A DNA stretch of 64,000 nt from Podarcis tiliguerta (Eukaryota): NCBI GenBank assembly GCA_965153285.1, contig OZ229111.1; one strand, written 5' to 3'. This document shows, piece by piece, positions 47,503-60,410 of this stretch (position 1 is the stretch's first letter; each line of letters starts with the position of its first letter). The notes below the pieces were generated by a model. That model did not search any database. It worked only from the letters and a program-made list of their open reading frames with translations, and was not told where the DNA came from. The translations under genes and the position numbers were made by a program.

Positions 47503-47874
47503 TGCTGCATTTCAAGACCCTCAAGCCAATCCCCATTAGAATAAAGAAATTCACACTGACGCAGAATTTTGGTTTAAGGTTAATGGGCAAAATTTAGGCC
47601 ACAGCTTTATTGATTACGGCAAATGTGAGCGGTATTGGCTTAGGCATTGACAAAAGACTATATCAGACTCCTGTCCCCTTTGCAGGAAGTCAGTAAGGGT
47701 AAACCACCAGAAGAGGGAGATGCTCCGCTGCATCTCCCCCGGTGTTCCCAGAGGCCTGGCATGGCCCTAGCCCCTCAACCAGACTTTGGACAGGATCCAG
47801 GCCCCGGATTCCTTTAACGGAATACCCTTGGACAATGGAGGGGTATTCAATCATCAATAAGCCAATGCCTAACC
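47503..47874 (-). mobile_element. structured repeat, copy B (5'-truncated)
   Basis: Its reverse complement aligns block-wise with 53347-53743 (caatgcctaagccaatacc.ctcacatt...aat.aag.tgtggccta.attttgccca). Confidence 0.75.
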
Positions 47875-49216
47875 ATATCAGTTTCCCTCTTTACCCCATA
47901 GTGACCATTTACAATTAAGTATATTCTGTTGCCATAGTTCTTGAGGGAATTGTGCTGATAGTCTGCATGGAAATTGGACCTGTGTGCAGCACAAATTATA
48001 AAATGGATGGGGTGAGTCATGAGGTTTCCACATACCTAAATTGGTTTGCACCATTAACACCATGTCCCAAATCAGAGCAGGGACTACCTAAACTCCTGAG
48101 CTGTTCTGTGAATTCGTGTGCTCAAAATCCATTGCATTTTGCCATTTAAAATAAAGCAATTGCTGCATTAAAAAAACAAAACCAAGCTGATTAGGTGACT
48201 GCCCTGAACTCATGGGGGAGGGGATGCAGAGGTGGTAATGGGGAATCTTTCATTTTGATGGACGGGCCTAGGTTTTAATCACTTTCCCAATGAACTCCAA
48301 TCATAGCCATTTGAGGAAGGGATGTTTCATGTGATATACCAGTATGTGTTCCTTTTATTCTAATCCCTTTTCGATTTCCAACAAGCAACACCTACCTTAA
48401 TTGCTTTCCAACAAAAACACCTACTTTAATTATTTGTTTTTCATTTTGTTTGCTTCCTCTTATTTTTCCTTCTGTTTGTGCAAACTTTTCTCAGAGTTCT
48501 CCCCATCCTGCTGCTGCTGTGTGGGCGCATACTGGTTTGTTGCTTTTTACTCAGGATTTCCCCCCCTCTCCGTTTTAGTTTACTTTTATCCTTCTCCCTT
48601 TAGTTTTATGATTATGTGATTTCATTCTTTTGAATTCTTGCCATTCAGTATTATTAATATGTTTTTATAGTGCCCTCCCCCACACAGCTAAGCCTACTTT
48701 TCTTTTAAGAAATATCCCAGCTGTGTTCCTCTCTGCCAGTCTTTCATTGCCCACTTACTCATGGGCTCCTTCCAAAGATCACCAGTTTTCAGACTGATTA
48801 CCCACAAAACCCCAGAGAGGATTAAGTGATTTCTACCCACTCCAAAATGGTAAAATCTGTCCTTGCAGGAGGAAACATTGCACCTATTGCTCTGAAAGTT
48901 TGCAGATTTAATCTGCTCAGAAAGAACAAACTGCTTGTATACTGCATTCAATTATGGAAGAAAATAAAAGAGACATTTGTTCTTTTTAAAAATAAAATCT
49001 AAATGCTCCCTGAGTGAAAACATCTGGATGGATCCACCAGTAATTTGGCAGATTTAACTCACTCTGAAGAAGTTCCTTGGCCTGCAAATTTCACCCACTT
49101 CTGTGAATAGGTGAAACAATGCTGTTTTTACATTCCCCATTACATTCCATAGAAGGCAACAGAGCCAAATTGTAAAGACACAGAGAAGATCTGAAACAGA
49201 TTGCATTACTTCCTTG

Positions 49217-49278
49217 AGATACAGATACAGATACAAGTTTAATCTTTTGGTGGGTAGATAGATAGATAGATAGATAGA
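49217..49278. repeat. (AGATAC)n and (GATA)n microsatellites
   Basis: Directly visible. Confidence 0.8.
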
Positions 49279-49506
49279 CCCCTATTATATAGCTCTGCTT
49301 TCAAAACCTCAGGCCAAATCTTGACTATGGCAAGACTTTGGAGGATATAAGCCTGCAGCTTTGCTATGTGATATTCTTCCCAGGTCACTTCTTCATCCCT
49401 TCCTAACAATCTTCCCACTACCACCACACTTCAGAATCTTAGCTGCAAGGCATGGAGGAGAAGGGCCAAGCTGAGAAAACAAACTACTACTGTTCAACCG
49501 CATATA

Positions 49507-49700
49507 CAGTGGAACCTCGGTTTTCGAACATAATCTGTTCCGGAAGACCGTTCGACTTCTGAAACGTTTTAAAACTGAGGATCAATGGGTGGTCGGCAAA
49601 TTCCAGTGAATTTGAAAATGGAAGCAATTTCTTCCGGGTTTTCAGAGTTAGGGTTCCAAATTGTTCAGCTTCTGAGACGCTTGAAAACCGAGGTCCACTT
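49507..49700. mobile_element. Tc1/mariner-type MITE
   Basis: TA|cagtggaacctcggttttc ... gaaaaccgaggtccact.|TA. Confidence 0.8.
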
Positions 49701-50278
49701 TAACAGTTTGTTGGCAATTTTCTAAAGATTAGCTACTCCTACATATGAACCCTGATACGGTATACTGTTAATGCTGCCAACTCTGACCAAAATTAGATGC
49801 AGCAATTGAATGTCTATGCATTTCAATTAGATTCATCTTCACTCTGCAGCTAGTTCTCTGTGTTAAGTGACATTTACTTTTGAGTAATTGTGCAGAGGAC
49901 TGCAGCTGCAGACTGAATAAGTCCCACGGAGCTCAACTGGGCTTTCTTCTAAGTCAACATTCTATGTAAGAGTCATGCTGCATAAAATCAATTTATACAC
50001 ATTCTACACATTTGGTTAGGAAGGTTAGCTTCTAGATTAGCATATCAGCCTTCACCTAAGGAAAAAAAGATTTAGTTTCAGCACAGTGATTATAATTTAT
50101 AAGACAAAATATATACACATTCAGATCTAGGCTTTGTTGGGTCACAGGATCATAAAATTGTAGAGTCTTCATAACAGCAACATTTAGGTCACCACTGTGA
50201 TGATCACTGGGGGTCAGTTTAAGCCTTGACAGTATCTTTTGTGGGGGAGTGAAAGTGCCTGTGCTTCAAACACATGTA

Positions 50279-50453
50279 CAGTTGACCCTCTGGATATGAA
50301 CTTAATTCATTCCGGGGGTCCGTCCACAACCTGAAAAGTCCATATCCAGAGGCACCGCTTCTGTGCACACATGCAGCGCGATAGAGCGCTTCTGCACATG
50401 CGTGCACGTTTGCCACATTCACAAGCTGAAGTTTACGTATCCGGAGGGATACA
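50279..50453 (-). mobile_element. Tc1/mariner-type MITE
   Basis: TA|cagttgaccctc; the interior is the reverse complement of the 8619/24680 type. Right end approximate. Confidence 0.65.
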
Positions 50454-51199
50454 TAGGTAGGGGTACAGTCATATACCACATGTATAATTTTTACATTGCA
50501 GGCAAGCCTCACATCAGAATCACCTGACACCAGAGATACTCCCACAAATTTTTGAAAGAAGGATTGTGAAACTTACATATTGTGAAATATACATATTAAT
50601 AGCTGATTTATACGGAATATGCCTATGGGTGGTATTTTAATGAGCTGCATCAATGTAAGGATCTCTGCTTGAACAAGTCTTTCCCTGCTGCAACCCTTGC
50701 ACATATCTGCTCCATAGAGTTGGGAGAGCCCTTAAAACGAATTGGAGGGTATGCAAAGGGTGACTATTCTGTAACACAGGTAAAAATCCTTGTACTGATA
50801 GAATGATTGCCCTATAACTACATTGCATTTCACCCTGTGTTTGTGGGGTATAGGGCTGTACCACATGCAGAATATTTTTACTAAGAATGTCTTTTCACAG
50901 GCCCAAGGAAAATGCCTGAAGCTTTATTGCCTTAGTCATCACATTATTCTCACTGGTCATCATTCCCGTCACCTTGTTCCACATTTCTCTGTTCCACATA
51001 TAGCTTCCTTTTTATTATATCCACATTGGTTAGTGTAGGTGTTATGTTTAGAAAATACCCTAATCCTCATGAAAATTCATCAGCTTTTCTTTTCTTTTTT
51101 TTACAAATTTCTCCTACTATAGACATGCCATTTTGCCTATTATACAGTTCTGTTCAGCAATTCCCCTTGCTAGAATATATTTTTTATTCTTATTTTCAC

Positions 51200-51531
51200 C
51201 ATACCCGCCAATATTTCTCCAATGAAAATAGGGATGTCCCATTCCATAATTTTACTATTTATACCCCAGACATCTTACCCAAGCCACCTTGGGCAACTTC
51301 CAACATATATATAAAAATATAATAAAAAATTATTTTTTTAAGAAACCTTCCCTATACAGGATTGCCTTCAGATGACTCGGGGGTCGGATAACTCCATACC
51401 CTCCAACATTTCTCCAATGAAAATAGGGATGTCCTAAGGAAAAGCAGGACATTCCAGGATCAAATCAGAAATCGGGATGGCTTCTCTAAATCAGACACGT
51501 CCCTGGAAAATAGAGACACTTGGAAGGTCTG
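51200..51531 (+). mobile_element. hAT-like non-autonomous element with duplicated left end
   Basis: Flanks ttttcacc on both sides. The left-end motif catacc..ccaa.atttctccaatgaaaatagggatgtcc occurs at 51200 and 51395; the right end is acacttggaaggtctg. Confidence 0.7.
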
Positions 51532-52959
51532 TTTTCACCAATATACACATTTGTATGCACACTATACGTCAGTAAACATTGCTTGGCTGGAGAAATACAC
51601 TGCAACATTTAAGTGCAAATTTTGAAGATACCTGCATTTCAGTTCATTTATTGTTTTAGACAAATGCTAATTTGCCTTTAGATGCAAATTGAATCAAATT
51701 TCTCTCCCTCCCTACTTCTGGGTAAATGAGTTGGTGGTGGGTCTTGTGCCAAGGGAACTCACAGATATTATGAAGGCTATGCCTCTCATCAGACCCCAGT
51801 TGGATAATTTGAGGCACAGCAAGTTGATACTAACAGAGCAGAGCTTGCAAGGACTAAACTTGTATTAATTGCAACAGGGAGCTACTGTAGTATATCTTCT
51901 TTTTACATGCTATGTAGGTAGTTTCGATAATAAATCAAATAAAATTAATCACACCCAAAAGCCATATGCTGAATCAGTAATTTAAGAGCGATTCAAATTG
52001 AAATTCAACAGCATTTTAATTATCACAGCCTGTCAGCCAAAGCTAAAGAGCAGTTTAACATGTTGCCTTTGGTTCATTCCAGTATGGTACAGGATCTTGC
52101 TCTCTCTCTCTCTCCCTGCTCTACCCTCTCTCACATGCATGAGAAAGAAGAATCAGGCCCTAATGTTTTACTCTGGCCAAAAAGAAACAAAAATCTAAAC
52201 TGAAACTGGGCAATTTCAAGATGCATTAAGGGAACAGAAAGAGCAAATTTGACACAAATGAGCAAGATTTAGATCTTGCCAAGCCCTTTGAGTGAGATGA
52301 ACATGCACAGAGAATTCTTCTACTGCAGTGTTAATTGCTGACATTCATTTACCACAAGTAGACTTGAGGAAATGCAATGTGTAATAACCATCTTCCTGGC
52401 TAAGATTAATGCTTCAGTAAACACAGAATCTTGGCTGTGATGCTGGACAATTCAATGCAATGTACGAGCAATGAAACAAATATAAAACGATTCCTTTCCT
52501 GCTCTTAATTATTGGGTTTCAGCAGTACACATTTCGGGGCAACTTGATTGCAAGTTTGCAGCCTGACAAAACTTAGCTAGGGACATGTTGATATATGCAT
52601 CTTTTATCAGTATGGTGTGTATGTAATTTCCAGGGCTTTGTGGCTGGCTAGGGAAGAAAAACAATTTGCCAGACAAGTGCACATGCTTTCTTAACATTTC
52701 AGTGTTTAAAATACCTCATGCACTAAAATGAGCTGTATTTCAGGGTGTTGCTGTTTGCAATTTCACAGAAGCCATTAAGCTTGGGCCACAAATAGAAATA
52801 AAATATATTCTTAACAAGATATTTGTCACCGTATCAAGGCATATCATTCAGCTTCCTTCACACGAATGTCAAACATGTAAACAAAAGAGAAATGGCCAGC
52901 AACTGTGTTTCTGGTCTGCTTTCAAGCATTCACTTAACAGTGTGTTTGTGGGGTGTGTG

Positions 52960-53743
52960 TGTGAAATCGGATCCTCTTCAAGGTGGGTACGTGTTGTGCT
53001 CGGGCCCCCAAGCATCTCCCACCTCCTGGTGTGGTCAGGGCTATGCCCTGCTCCACTCTAGTTGGTTGTTTCATGGTCACTTGGACCCTAAAGCCAATGG
53101 CTTGGCTTGGGGGACGGCCGCAAAACATTGTTTAATCCCTGCGCAATGTTTGCTAGACCTCTTTGCCTTTGCGCAGTGGATCACCCACCCCACCCCTTTA
53201 TCTGGTGTGTTGGCCTTCCTATGGATGTTGTTGGTCGCCTGTTTTGCAATGGGGACCTGGTAGGAATTTTTCCATCTGGCAGATTGGTAGAGCCATTTGG
53301 TTTTTGCCTACCGCGTAGCAATCATCACAACTTCGTAAGGTTTGGCGGTTAGGCATTGGGTCAGCAATGTGTGGGGAGGGGAGGGGAGGTGCGGCCATCA
53401 CCTGCCCCTCCAAGCTCAATGGTATTCTATTAAAGGGGTCTTGTCTGAAACCCCGCGGTAGGGGCCAGGGCCATACCAGGACCCCACAGGGGCACCAGGG
53501 GTGAGCTTGAGTTGGTTCACATCAGCGGGGCTCCCTCTGGCAGTGTTTCACCCTTTTATCAGATCCTCCACGATGCGGGTGGGAGTCTGATATAGTTTGG
53601 ATGATTCCAATGCCTAAGCCAATACCACTCACATTCTGTATTCAATGAAGTTGTGGCCTACATTTTGCCCAATAACTTAAACTAAAATCCCATGCCACTG
53701 TGTCTTCATTTTGGGGGGTGGTTGTGGGTCTCGAAGCGCAACA
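52960..53743 (+). mobile_element. ~785-bp structured repeat, copy C
   Basis: Homology to copies A and B. CCAAT and tttaa boxes, cccacccc tract, inverted repeat 53347-53359 / 53607-53620, ends gcaACA. Left boundary approximate. Confidence 0.65.
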
Positions 53744-53825
53744 TGCCTTATGGCACAACACCTAATCATATACTTTGTATCTCTATGAACTTTTGGGTAG
53801 CAGTTCCAGAGAATATTAAAGGGGA

Positions 53826-53828
<3 letters not shown>

Positions 53829-53862
<34 letters not shown>
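53829..53862. repeat. (TG)n microsatellite
   Basis: Directly visible. Confidence 0.95.
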
Positions 53863-53863
<1 letters not shown>

Positions 53864-54669
53864 AATTAAAAGTATATTTAAAAAAATTAACACCCCATAC
53901 CTCTTTGTTACTTAATGGTGTTATGATTGTAGGCACGATTCTATCACCATTCTTTTTTGTATAAAGCATTTTGACAGATTAACTGAAGATTCTTAAAGCG
54001 ATGAAGAATGTCCGCCTGTTCTCTTTAGTGATAAAGAGCCTCCAGCAAAACAGAGCCTCCAGCTAATCTATTAAGTTCATTATTTAAGATCGTTTGTACC
54101 TGAAATTCTCTCTTATATAAGAGATTCAACTGATTACATAAATAAATTTGATATCCTTGATAATATATGAACTGGAAAAACTATAGTGTCCTTGCATGTC
54201 AGATCTTTGTACATGAGTGTTCCCTATCAGGAAGCTCTGAGGGTAGTAAAGATGACTCAGGATAGATTTTAAAAAACTGTACTTTTCCCCCTATGGCAGA
54301 AATAGCCTTATTTTATTTATTTATTTCCATTTCCTTGTTTTATTTTTAAAAGTTCTATCCCATGTTACAATTGTAAAAGTGTGCCTTATATCTCTTTTAT
54401 TTTATAGATAGAAATTCACATGTTGGTATGTGGATGTAGCACACTAGCTAACACAAAAAGGCTAACACAAAAGAGCCTTTCCTAATTCAATTCTCGTAGT
54501 ACCATGAGTTTTCCACCTCAGTGTCCTCCCCCCTTGCTCTACTCAAACTTCTACCATTGTTAAGAATCACCACTCCTCCCCCCCTTAGCGCCACAGAATA
54601 TGCAAAGCTTTCTTCACACTATTGGAAATTCAGCTTATTTATATTCTAGGCTGCTCATATAGCTAGAAA

Positions 54670-55138
54670 TCAACTGTGTCGTACTGGTTAGGGTGTCAGG
54701 GTAGGACCTTGGAGACCAGAGTTCAAATTCTTGCTGAACCATGAAGCTCATTGAAACTTGGGCCAGTTACCATCTCTCAGCCCCATCTTCTTCACTGGGT
54801 TGTTGTGTGGGTAAAACCAAGAGGTGGAAGAACTATATACAATATACAGTGGTACCTTGGGTTACATACGCTTCAGGTTACATACGCTTCAGGTTACACA
54901 CTCTGCTAACCCAGAAATAGTGCTTCAGGTTAAGAACTTTGCTTCAGGATAAGAACAGAAATTGGGCTCCGGCTGTGCGGCAGCAACAGGAGGCCCCATT
55001 AGCTAAAGTGGTGCTTCAGGTTAAGAACAGTTTCAGGTTAAGAACGGACCTCCGGAACAAATTAAGTACTTAACCCGGGGCACCACTGTATTGAGCTCCT
55101 TGCCGGAAAGGCAGAATATAAATGTAAGAATAAATAAA
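54670..55138 (+). mobile_element. Squam3-like tRNA SINE interrupted by a mariner MITE
   Basis: B-box gagttcaaatt, ccatgaagctca...ttgggccagt...ctctcag...gggttgttgtg. It resumes after the MITE with ttgagctcctt...(TAAA)n. Confidence 0.7.
54847..55088 (+). mobile_element. Tc1/mariner-type MITE
   Basis: TA|cagtggtaccttgggtta ... taacccggggcaccactg|TA; same family as 2642. Confidence 0.88.
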
Positions 55139-56364
55139 CAAATCTAGTGCTTTAGTCAATATGTGGTGCACACTTTGGGCTTGCACTACATTCAAAAAAT
55201 ATTATTTTGACTCTGTTTAGAAAGGCAAATGTGAACTCCTAACCATCTTTGCAATCCAATATGCACCTTCTGATGAGTCAGTCCCATTAAAAACTTTGTG
55301 AAACCTACTTCCACATAAATGCACATAGATGCGGGAAGTGAGATTTTATCTGTATATTTCTCTGCATATATTGCATTTTTTCCTTTCTTTTGAGTGCCTT
55401 TAAAAAGATACGACACAGCAATTCAGCTACAGAATCAGCTAAATGAGCGGCCCTGGCGTTTACTTTATTTTAGCCACAAATAGTGCAAGTACATCTACAG
55501 CTTTGTCAAGGCTATACTTTCAAAAAGGTTCAGCATTATACTTGAGGTCTCCCACTGTGCTAGCTTTTGATTCCATTGTGGTGGTTAGCATACATACTGA
55601 TGGCAAGCTGTGTGCAGCAGGACCACAGTTATTCCTACATGTATTACACACATCCTCAATTGTCCAACAAATCCGGATCAACTCTGTGGTTTTATTCTCC
55701 TAGTGACATAGTATAATTTGTGGGAGCGTCACATTTTGTCAGAAGCTATAGCTGCAGTTGCGGGCAGGGGGCAGACACCAATTCCCTGGCTTTTTGAAAG
55801 CAAACAATGGCCATGTCTGAATGAGATTAGAACAAGCTCTTTTCCCTATGCAGGCAGCCATTTTGCTCCTCCCACTGCGCAAAGCATGATCAAAGCCTCT
55901 AATACAGGTGAGGCTGTCCCTCAGGGGCACAGCTGCAGCAATAATCTCCCAACAGCGGCATCGCTGCCACTTTCTACTACTCTGCCGGTGTACCACACGG
56001 ACCCAGTCTCATTGCCACCTTGCCCATCTACCCCTGGTAAGTGGCAGTGTCACTGCTGCCAGAAGGCAGTCACTGTAGCTCTGCCCCACTCCACTTCCGA
56101 TCTAAATAACTATTGTTTTCAATTTTGTCTGAATTGGGCTAATATGGCTACCAGCTTCAGAACAAGCCAGAATATTAAAATAATTTCAAAATATGCTTTG
56201 ACATCATGGCTTATTAACCATATGGCTTACTCTGTCTATATGTGTGGAATGAAGAAATGACTGGGCTGGATTTTGAAGCTCCAGCTCATTAAGTGTGCAA
56301 AGTTCTTAAGTTGAGGAGGTGTTAGGAATTCCGTCATAAGGCAGTTACAAATTGCAGGGTTTAA

Positions 56365-56435
56365 TATACTGACGAACTGGAACGGCAGCAGAGGAGAGCA
56401 ACCAAGATGATCAAGGGTCTGGAAACTAAGTCCTA
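56365..56435 (+). mobile_element. small CR1 ORF2 fragment
   Basis: Translates as DELERQQRRATKMIKGLE. Confidence 0.65.
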
Positions 56436-56972
56436 ATACGACTATTTGTACCGACAGAAAATAGGGCTTGGTATACCTTCTGAAACAGAAAGACCTTCAT
56501 TACTAAGTGATATTCTAGTTAAACCAGAGGAAGTCTCAGTTTTATCTAGTTATTTTTATCTAGTTTTGGTTCCCTACTTGCTCATAATTCAATAAAGTTC
56601 TTCTGAACACACTGCCAAAACAAAAACAAATAAAAAAACCAACATATCCTGGTTATTTCATTTATGCCATTTACCCATGGTGTTATTGCTTTTACTTCAC
56701 ATATTTATCACATTCCCCGGAGATTCTGTAAAACCCTTCTTACTCTTTATCAATAAATGCAACTAGTAATAATCAAAAACAAAGTCATAAAGTTAAAACC
56801 ATTTAATCCAGTTAAAGCCTCATCACATCAAAACAGTATTGAAAAGGTAGGCATTTCCTCCCTATACTCTCCGCTGCCTGCAAATCTTCAGCTCACAATG
56901 TTCACAAGGTAATTAGCAACTTGTGCAAGTTGTTGAATAGGCAATTGCTCACTCTCTTCCCAGGAAAGCAAC

Positions 56973-57313
56973 TACACCATTGGCCTGAATATAAGCCTCA
57001 CTTTCCCCCCAAATTCCGACCATGAAAAGTCAAAGTACGGCTTATATTCATGACCTTATGGTAAGCAGCCAGGAGCACGGGGCAAACAGGAGCAGGAGTG
57101 TGGCAAAGCGGTGCCTGCCCCATGCATAGTCCCCCGTCCTCTCCCCCAAGGCCAGGAAAGGAGAGAACAAGGAAGGGGAAAGGCCACCGGCAACACAGTG
57201 TGGCTCTCCCCACCACTGCCCAGTGTGAGCAGCGAGGAATGGAGCGACTTATATTCAGGGTCCCCCCCCCCTCCAATTTTAAAGGTGTGGCTTATATTTG
57301 GGCCAATACGGTA
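56973..57313. mobile_element. Tc1/mariner (pogo/Tc2-like) non-autonomous element
   Basis: TIR attggcctgaatataagcc / ggcttatatttgggccaatacgg|TA, with the subterminal motif cttatattc repeated. Confidence 0.65.
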
Positions 57314-58644
57314 ACTCTCACCACCTTAGGTGTCTTGAACTGCCACTGACATCAGTGGGGAACGCAGTGCAATCATAAGCAAATTTACCCAGAAGTCCCC
57401 ATTAACTTCAATGGGACTTGCCATGGAGCACGTTTGCAAGGGTATGCAGACAACAACAGTATGCAGATTTATTTTTTTGAATCCTCATGAGAATTCATTA
57501 GTGTTTTAGTGCAAATTTGTCCTAATAAGCAGTTTTGACACATGTACACATTTTTGCAAGCATATAATGCATCCATGTATGCTGTCTTCACTAATATATT
57601 TCTTGTATGCCCACTTTCTCCTAACATATGCATATTTGTAGACATTGTTTGGTTGATGAACAGCCGCAGGGAACTCGGCACAGAATTCATCCAGCAGGCT
57701 TGAAGTTACCATCTATTAGCTGACCTGTAGGGATCAGCAGGGTGATCAAGTTCTCATTAGGGAAGTCCGTTGTGCAGCTGACGTGGTGGACATGGTTTGC
57801 GGAAAACACTATTGGGCGTCAAATTTGGCCCTCAGGACAGATGTTTTCCACCTCTGCCATAATAACTAGATAACTTTTAATCAACTTGATGAGATTCCTA
57901 TATGTTTATGCCTCTAATTGTAGAGCTGTGTCTATATTCATATTAGTAGAAACATTTTATCAATCATTGCCATGAGCCCATATTACATCTATCGTTTTCT
58001 TATCTTAGCTAAAAACATGTGTTCTTTCTGCCAAGGTTAGTTCTCATCATCAAGGAATTCTACTGAAGAAAAATCAAAGACAGAACTCTACTGGGCATCA
58101 TCAGTGTCCTGCATGCAGGAGATCCTCCCTGTATAGAGGATAATCCCAGTTATGGTCCAAGGTATTTTACTTATCTTTGACTTAACTGAAGGCCAATGAA
58201 TTAAAAGATGTTTAGGGAATCCTTCCAGAAGTCTAGTGTCTTATGCAAAATAACTTACCATAAACCAATAGTGTTTGCAGAGTTATTGTGATCTGTCCAA
58301 GAGCAATAGAAAGGTGCAGGACATGGTTGTTGTAACTTGAGATAATAACAACATATTGTGAATCTGTGGGAAGTGAATGGATGACAGAGGCGTGCCATAC
58401 TGCACCAAGCAATTTTGGCACTGACTAACTTGTTATCCCTTAATCCCTTCAACCTCAGATTGTTCTCTTAATAAAGCCATCTGGTTCATTACTTCAAGAA
58501 GTGTGCGCACGCTTAGTGCCACTTCTTTTCTCATCTTTAAGCATGGGATATATAAAAATAAAGGGGGTTTTTTTGCCCAAGAAATCAAACCTTAGGAGAC
58601 ATTAATCAGCCTTTGTGTAGTCTGTGTCTTCCCACTCTTTAGAA

Positions 58645-59138
58645 CAGTGGTTGTCAACCAGTGTGCTGAGGTACCCTAAGGTGTCAGGGGTGCCATGGTC
58701 AACATTGGCCTCTATCCCTCTTCCCTTCCCTTCCTCCTCTGATGTCCTCTTGTGTCTTCCTCACCAGGGCTTGCTCAGCTGTTTGTTGCAGCAGCCTTGG
58801 CTACAAGCTCTTCAGGTGAATGGTGCCTCCGGGGCTGGCCAGGGGGTGCTTTCCAGGCCCCTGTGGGCCACTGTGAGGAGGCATCTCTCTTTGGGGCAGA
58901 GGGGCAGCTCAGAAACCAGGGACAACAGCTGCTACTGCCCAGAAGACTCCCAAGGAGAGGGGAGAGGAGAGGAGGCTGAGGAAACACTCCACAAGGGAGG
59001 GTGTCCAAAAAAGGGTGAGAGGTTGCCAGCTCCGCAGTCAAGGGGTGATGTAACTGGGCTCCTCAGTCCCACAGGGGTGCCGCAGAAAGAATGTAGTTGG
59101 TCAAGGGAGCCATGGACTCATAAAGTTGAAGACCTCTG
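58645..59138. mobile_element. hAT-Charlie-type non-autonomous element
   Basis: Perfect 8-bp TSD CTTTAGAA (58637-58644 / 59139-59146, close to the NTCTAGAN Charlie target); TIR cagtggttgtcaac / gttgaagacctctg. Confidence 0.88.
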
Positions 59139-59140
59139 CT

Positions 59141-59360
59141 TTAGAACATAAGAATGACCTTGCTGAATTAGATCAAAGACTTACGTAGTCCAGCATCCTG
59201 TGGCCCATGGTGGCCAATGAGATGACTCTGGAAAGCCCATAAGCAGAATATGACACTTCTGAATTAGCCCTGTCCCACTGCTGATCCCTAGCAACTGGTA
59301 GTTGGAACCATGGTCTCTGATCCTGGAGGTAGGCAATAGAAAGCCATCATGACTATTTAT
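59141..59360 (-). mobile_element. CR1 3'UTR fragment
   Basis: agaacataagaa...tagtccagcatcctgt...ggtggccaa. Confidence 0.7.
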
Positions 59361-60170
59361 TTATTTAAAATGTTTGCAGACCCTTTATCTTAAGATCTCA
59401 GAGCAAGGGGAATAAAACAGATAAAACTGACATCATAAACTATGAGAAATTTGGAACTTCTCAAAATTCCAGCTGAACCTTGAAAATTGGGGGGGGGGGG
59501 TAAATGTATCAAACTGGCATCTAAATGAAAATGAAGAAGGCAGCAGCTGAATTTCAAAAGGGAGGAAATTCCATAATTGGGGCACCACCAAAGAGAAGGC
59601 CCTATCTCATATAATTCCATAATGGATAACATTGGAATGAGCAAGTGATTCGATTCAATTTTGCTTTCACCACCACTCATCATAGGAGCATTCTGTCTCA
59701 TTCCATTCCCTTGCATGCCATTCCACCCAGTTTAAACCCCATTCTACCCATTTTGTTCTGTTGTATACATTTTGTGCACACTTCTGTGTAAAATGACACT
59801 TCTCAGTGCACTCAGTAGTAAAATATGCAATTTTATGCATGTTTTAAATGCAAAATTTGTATTTTTGGTGTGAAAACAGATAAAAAGCATTGCCAAATAC
59901 AGAAAAATATATGACTTGGAACTGTGTTTCAATCTGCACATAAAGTTTGTAAATGTCAGAGTGGATCAGTCCACTGCGAAGAGCAAACACATTCTCTCCC
60001 CGCCCCCACAACCCCTAGTGGCAGGACACACAGAAGGGCCTCTCTGGAAACCCTTAACACCCAGGCAGAAGTGCATAGGGAGAGTCGCTCCTTCACTTAG
60101 GCAAATGCCAAGTCTTTCATTTGCCACCTGTTGCTGGCCATCACTCAGATAAGTGCCTTGGTTCTGAATA

Positions 60171-60410
60171 GAAGAAGAGTTTGGATTTGATATCCCGCCT
60201 TTCACTCCCTTTAAGGAGTCTCAAAGCGGCTAACATTCTCCTTTCCCTTCCTCCCCCACAACAAACACTCTGTGAGGTGAGTGGGGCTGAGAGACTTCAG
60301 AGAAGTGTGACTGGCCCAAGGTCACCCAGCAGCTGTATGTGGAGGAGCGGAGACGCGAACCCGGTTCCCCAGATTACGAGACTACCGCTCTTAACCACTA
60401 CACCACACCA
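60171..60410 (-). mobile_element. Squam3-like tRNA-derived SINE, young copy
   Basis: The minus strand begins tggtgtggtgtagtggttaagagcgg (A box), has a ggttcgcgtc B box and gctgggtgaccttgggccagtcac core, and ends in a (CTT)n tail. Confidence 0.85.

Noticed and set aside
53581-53600. Hammerhead ribozyme core at gtCTGAtatag
   Set aside because: It does not fit CUGANGA, there is no correctly placed GAAA/stem II, and the motif is paired within a hairpin.
55718-56260. 180-aa ORF
   Set aside because: Non-ATG start, no domain; probably overlaps a decayed repeat.
58624-59151. 175-aa ORF
   Set aside because: It lies within a non-autonomous hAT element and has no transposase motifs.
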